DNA from: Lentimicrobiaceae bacterium
GTDB taxonomy: Bacteria; Bacteroidota; Bacteroidia; Bacteroidales; UBA4417
Length of the DNA: 64,000 nt
Assembly (NCBI GenBank): GCA_033809755.1
Contig: JAPXLB010000004.1
Location: forward strand, 3,030 to 67,029
Direction of reading: 5' to 3'
Numbering within the stretch: position 1 is the first letter of the stretch; every line of letters begins with the position of its first letter. Positions 61,701 to 64,000 of this stretch are shown piece after piece. Under the pieces are notes generated by a model that saw only the letters and a program-made list of their open reading frames with translations, was not told where the DNA came from and searched no databases. Position numbers and translations under genes: made by a program.

Positions 61701-64000
61701 TATTTCCCAGCACCATGTGCTGATGTGAGAGATGACATGATTTTGACAATTGTACCACAAGCAATAGTAAATGCTGGAGCAGATGCCACTATTTGCGAAA
61801 CTGGCACTTATTCATTATCAGACGCTACATCAAGTAATACCACTTCATTGTTGTGGACAACAAGTGGCAGCGGAACCTTCAGTGATTCTACTATAACAAA
61901 TCCTATTTATACTCCAAGCGCTGCTGATATAACAGCAGGCGTGGTAACCTTAACATTGACAGGTGTACCACAATCACCCTGCGATACTGTCAGCGATGTT
62001 ATGACATTGACCATCACACCGCAGGCAGTAGTTTATGCTGGAGCAGATGCCACCATTTGTGAAACAGATACTTATCCCTTATCAAATGCCACAGCAACTA
62101 ATACTTCTTCATTGTTGTGGACAACAAGTGGTAGTGGAACATTCAGTGGTACTACCATAATAAATCCCATTTATACTCCAAGTGCTGCTGATATAACAGC
62201 AGGTGTAGTAACTTTAACCTTAACAGGTACATCACAATCACCCTGCAATAATGTAAGTGATGTTATGACATTGACAATCAATCCACAGGCAGTAGTTGAT
62301 GCTGGAGCAGATGCCACTATTTGCGAAACAGGTACCTATACCTTATCAGATGCTACATCAAGTAATACCAGTGCTTTATTATGGACAACAACAGGGGACG
62401 GTAATTTTAACAATTCAACCATCTTGCGACCTATTTATACGCCAGGTCTTGGTGATATAACTGCAGGTACGGTAACTCTTACCTTAACGGGCAGGGGCAT
62501 AGCTCCGTGTAAGGATGTAACTGACAATATAACCATAACTATAAATGGTGCAGCAACAGTTTTAGCTGGTTCGGATGCGACCATTTGTGAGGGTAGTACC
62601 TATTCCTTATCAAATGCCACAGCAACTAATACTTCTTCATTGTTGTGGACAACAAGTGGTAGTGGAACCTTCAGTGATGCAGCCATAATAAATCCTATTT
62701 ATACTCCGAGTGCTGCTGATATATCAGCTGGTAGTGTAGTCTTAACCTTAACAGGTACAGGTCTAACATCATGTTCTGATGCTACAGATAATATGACTCT
62801 CAATATAAGTATTCAACCGCTTGCTGTTAACGATATTAATAGCACCTTGCAGGGAGTAGCAGTATCAGGTAATGTTTCTACTAATGACATTCCTAGTCCT
62901 GGTGACGGTAACACCTGGAGTGTTTTAACTCAACCCTCCGATGGAACGTTAGTATTCAGTGCCGATGGTAGTTATATTTATACACCGAGTCCAAATTTTG
63001 CTGGTAGCGACTTGTTTACTTATACATTATGTGATACAAACGGTGCATGTGACTGCGACACCGCTTGGGTCAATATCGCAGTAATACCGGCTACACCGGT
63101 AGACACCAATCAACGTCCAATAGCTTTGAATGATACTTATATCACTCATATAGGCACTACGTTATCTGGTAATGTCTTACATAATGATTACGATCCTGAT
63201 GGAGATGCTTTGACAGTTTCTACAATTCCGGTAGTAGCTCCACTACATGGAACTTTAACACTCAATGCCGATGGTACGTTTACTTACATACCAAATACTG
63301 GCTTTGTAGGCGAAGATAGTTTCACTTATCAAGTATGCGATGATGGTACCCCAAGCTTATGTACCGAGGCTGTGGTTAGTATTATTGTTATAGACAACGC
63401 AAGCGTAAACACCACTTATGCTATGGATGATATGTTCGTAACAGATTACGACACACCATTATCCGGCAATGTATTAGACAACGACTACGATTTGGAAGGC
63501 GATGCTCAGACAGTTGCGACATCACCGCTATCGGGAGTTAGTCATGGAACATTGATAATAAGTTCTGATGGAAGTTTCAATTATACGCCAAATGCCGGCT
63601 ACTATGGTCCCGATCAATTTGTTTACCAAGTCTGTGATAACGGCTCTCCGGTAGCATGCGATTCCGCAACCGTATATATAGTAGTTCGTAGCGAGAATTA
63701 TTATCCATTAGCTATTGATGATATTAACAGCACTTTAGAAGGTACAGCAGTATCAGGTAACGTATCTACCAACGACATTCCAAGTGCTGACGGAGGTAAC
63801 GTATGGAGTTCATTAACTCAACCAACAAACGGAACCTTAGTATTCAATGCCGATGGAAGTTACACATATACACCAAACTTAGGCTTTGTTGGTAGCGATT
63901 TATTTAGCTACAGTTTATGTGACATTGACGGCGATTGTGATACAGCAACAGTCAATATAGCTGTAATTCCAACAACACCGGTAGACACCAATCAACGTCC
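58800..64000 (+). CDS. Giant secreted repetitive cell-surface protein (partial, more than 1733 aa, continues past the window): 88-aa Cys-containing repeats plus cadherin/Ig-like ~95-aa modules
   Basis: The ATG at 58800 gives the signal peptide MKRLLLPFLSLIMLMFATQLSYSQ. By hand translation the frame stays open to the window end. It contains AGADATICETGTYSLSDATSSNTSSLLWTTSG.GTFSD...PIYTPSAADI.AGTVTLTLTG repeats and NDxYDxDGD Ca-binding-like modules (LHNDYDPDGDALTV, LDNDYDLEGDAQTV, VNDPPV). It is not in the supplied ORF track because no stop codon is reached. Confidence 0.85.
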   Translation, partial: MKRLLLPFLSLIMLMFATQLSYSQCNITIAEPDPLNVIISGTTTICSGNTTVITVKLEGGTQPWHISYPGLGLSSEEIYDTDGTDDSTFVHTFTTPVLTNSITFNSSNVVVTDVNSCTANYTGAAIVTVNPQAEIFAGADATICETGTYSLSDATSSNTSSLLWTTSGTGTFSDNTITNPIYTPSAADISVGTVTLTLTGKGLESCDNVSDVMTLTITPQATIFAGVDATICETGTYSLSDATSSNTSSLLWTTSGSGTFSDSTIINPIYTPSAADITAGVVTLTLTGKAQSPCDNVSDVMTLTITPQATIFAGADATICETDTYSLSDATSSNTSSLLWTTSGTGTFSDNTITNPIYTPSAADIAAGTVTLTLTGRGITPCSDVVDKMTLKIGVQPIAVNDINSTLQGVAVSGNVSTNDIPSPGDGNVWNILTQPSEGTVVLNADGSYTYTPNVDFIGSDLFAYLLCDTNSTCDCDTAWVSIAVIPATPVDTNQRPIALNDTYVTYIGTTLSGNVLHNDYDPDGDALTVSTIPVVAPLHGTLTLNTDGTFTYIPTPGFVGEDSFTYRVCDDGTPSLCTEAVVSIMVIDNVGVNTTYAMDDMFVTDYNTPLSGNVLDNDYDLEGDAQTVTTTPLSGVSNGTLVLNSDGTFTYTPAAGYFGPDQFVYQVCDNGSPVACDSATVYLVVKVNEAPIVDDVEVSTPEDTPIEICLDITDVNSGSTFTASVCGDPVNGVISAPVVNNTTSQVCFTYTPNANFNGIDSLCIEVCDNGLPILCDQATVTIIVTPVNDPPVVFNEYENICSNTVLVSTVFNGDYDVDSTDLFVGNIIRDGTYGNIIITDATIGTYSYTVNTTITATVVDTVVVEICDNGIPLPSLCTNDTIFITIFPEAIVNAGADATICETGTYSLSDATASYVDAVVWTTSGDGTFSDTTILNPIYTPGANDIIAGTVTLTLTGMAQTGFNKAYFPAPCADVRDDMILTIVPQAIVNAGADATICETGTYSLSDATSSNTTSLLWTTSGSGTFSDSTITNPIYTPSAADITAGVVTLTLTGVPQSPCDTVSDVMTLTITPQAVVYAGADATICETDTYPLSNATATNTSSLLWTTSGSGTFSGTTIINPIYTPSAADITAGVVTLTLTGTSQSPCNNVSDVMTLTINPQAVVDAGADATICETGTYTLSDATSSNTSALLWTTTGDGNFNNSTILRPIYTPGLGDITAGTVTLTLTGRGIAPCKDVTDNITITINGAATVLAGSDATICEGSTYSLSNATATNTSSLLWTTSGSGTFSDAAIINPIYTPSAADISAGSVVLTLTGTGLTSCSDATDNMTLNISIQPLAVNDINSTLQGVAVSGNVSTNDIPSPGDGNTWSVLTQPSDGTLVFSADGSYIYTPSPNFAGSDLFTYTLCDTNGACDCDTAWVNIAVIPATPVDTNQRPIALNDTYITHIGTTLSGNVLHNDYDPDGDALTVSTIPVVAPLHGTLTLNADGTFTYIPNTGFVGEDSFTYQVCDDGTPSLCTEAVVSIIVIDNASVNTTYAMDDMFVTDYDTPLSGNVLDNDYDLEGDAQTVATSPLSGVSHGTLIISSDGSFNYTPNAGYYGPDQFVYQVCDNGSPVACDSATVYIVVRSENYYPLAIDDINSTLEGTAVSGNVSTNDIPSADGGNVWSSLTQPTNGTLVFNADGSYTYTPNLGFVGSDLFSYSLCDIDGDCDTATVNIAVIPTTPVDTNQR
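59193..59984 (+). repeat. Three in-frame tandem 264-bp (88-aa) repeats inside the giant gene
   Basis: Unit starts at 59193, 59457 and 59721 (cag/caa GC.. A.ATTTTTGCCGGTG.TGACGCGACTATTTGTGAAACAG). The copies are near-identical. Confidence 0.9.
59985..60857 (+). repeat. 873-bp segment (three cadherin/Ig-like modules), copy 1 of an intragenic segmental duplication
   Basis: Collinear with 62814-63686 at a constant offset of 2829 nt (943 codons). Identity is high by eye. Confidence 0.85.
61467..62813 (+). repeat. Five further in-frame tandem repeats of the same 88-aa family (291 + 4 x 264 bp)
   Basis: Unit starts at 61467, 61758, 62022, 62286 and 62550. The first unit carries a 27-bp insertion. 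Confidence 0.85.
62814..63686 (+). repeat. 873-bp segment, copy 2 of the intragenic segmental duplication; a third, more diverged copy starts near 63708
   Basis: Same module order (AVNDINSTLQGVAVSGNVSTND..., RPIALNDTY..., TYAMDDMFVTDY...). Confidence 0.85.

Overview
Low-GC chromosomal window from a Bacteroidota (Bacteroidia-type) genome. The assignment rests on a SusC/SusD pair, T9SS C-terminal sorting domains, a GldH-like lipoprotein and TAnnTTTG -7 promoter boxes.

Contents, left to right:
- 0.1-15.6 kb: a starch/maltodextrin utilisation locus. It has a beta-PGM::GH65 phosphorylase fusion, a cytoplasmic GH13, a SusE/F-like lipoprotein, SusD, SusC, a T9SS-secreted GH13 amylase and an SLC45-like MFS sugar transporter. 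A phosphofructokinase follows it.
- 18.7-27.2 kb: a visibly GC-richer, translationally coupled operon. It encodes LPLAT acyltransferase, GT8, GT8, LPLAT acyltransferase, a 1449-aa fusion of two HgdC/BcrAD-type activase ATPase domains with DUF2229/HgdB-like modules (anaerobic plasmalogen synthase PlsA/PlsR-like), and TetR. This is my best candidate for an undescribed system: a glycosylated ether/plasmalogen-type lipid pathway.
- 27-58 kb: housekeeping genes. These are NUDIX, a class-III aminotransferase, SDR, wecB, uvrB, an EEP protein, two rhomboids, mutL, phosphoglucomutase, a 1410-aa GT3 glycogen synthase::GT35 glucan phosphorylase fusion, rluB, a tandem Usp protein, a flavodiiron protein, mnmA, a ClC channel, tRNA-Val, DPP-IV, a CYTH protein and a cysteate-synthase-like PLP enzyme.
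- 58.8 kb to the window end: a giant, highly repetitive secreted Ig/cadherin-like protein of more than 1733 aa. It is absent from the supplied ORF track because it runs off the window.

A family of period-7 (heptanucleotide) repeat/hairpin elements sits at gene 3' ends throughout the window. One of them encloses a four-helix-bundle (23S rRNA IVS protein family) gene.

No CRISPR array, rRNA, transposase or integrase was seen. All similarity statements come from reading the translations by eye. No searches were run.
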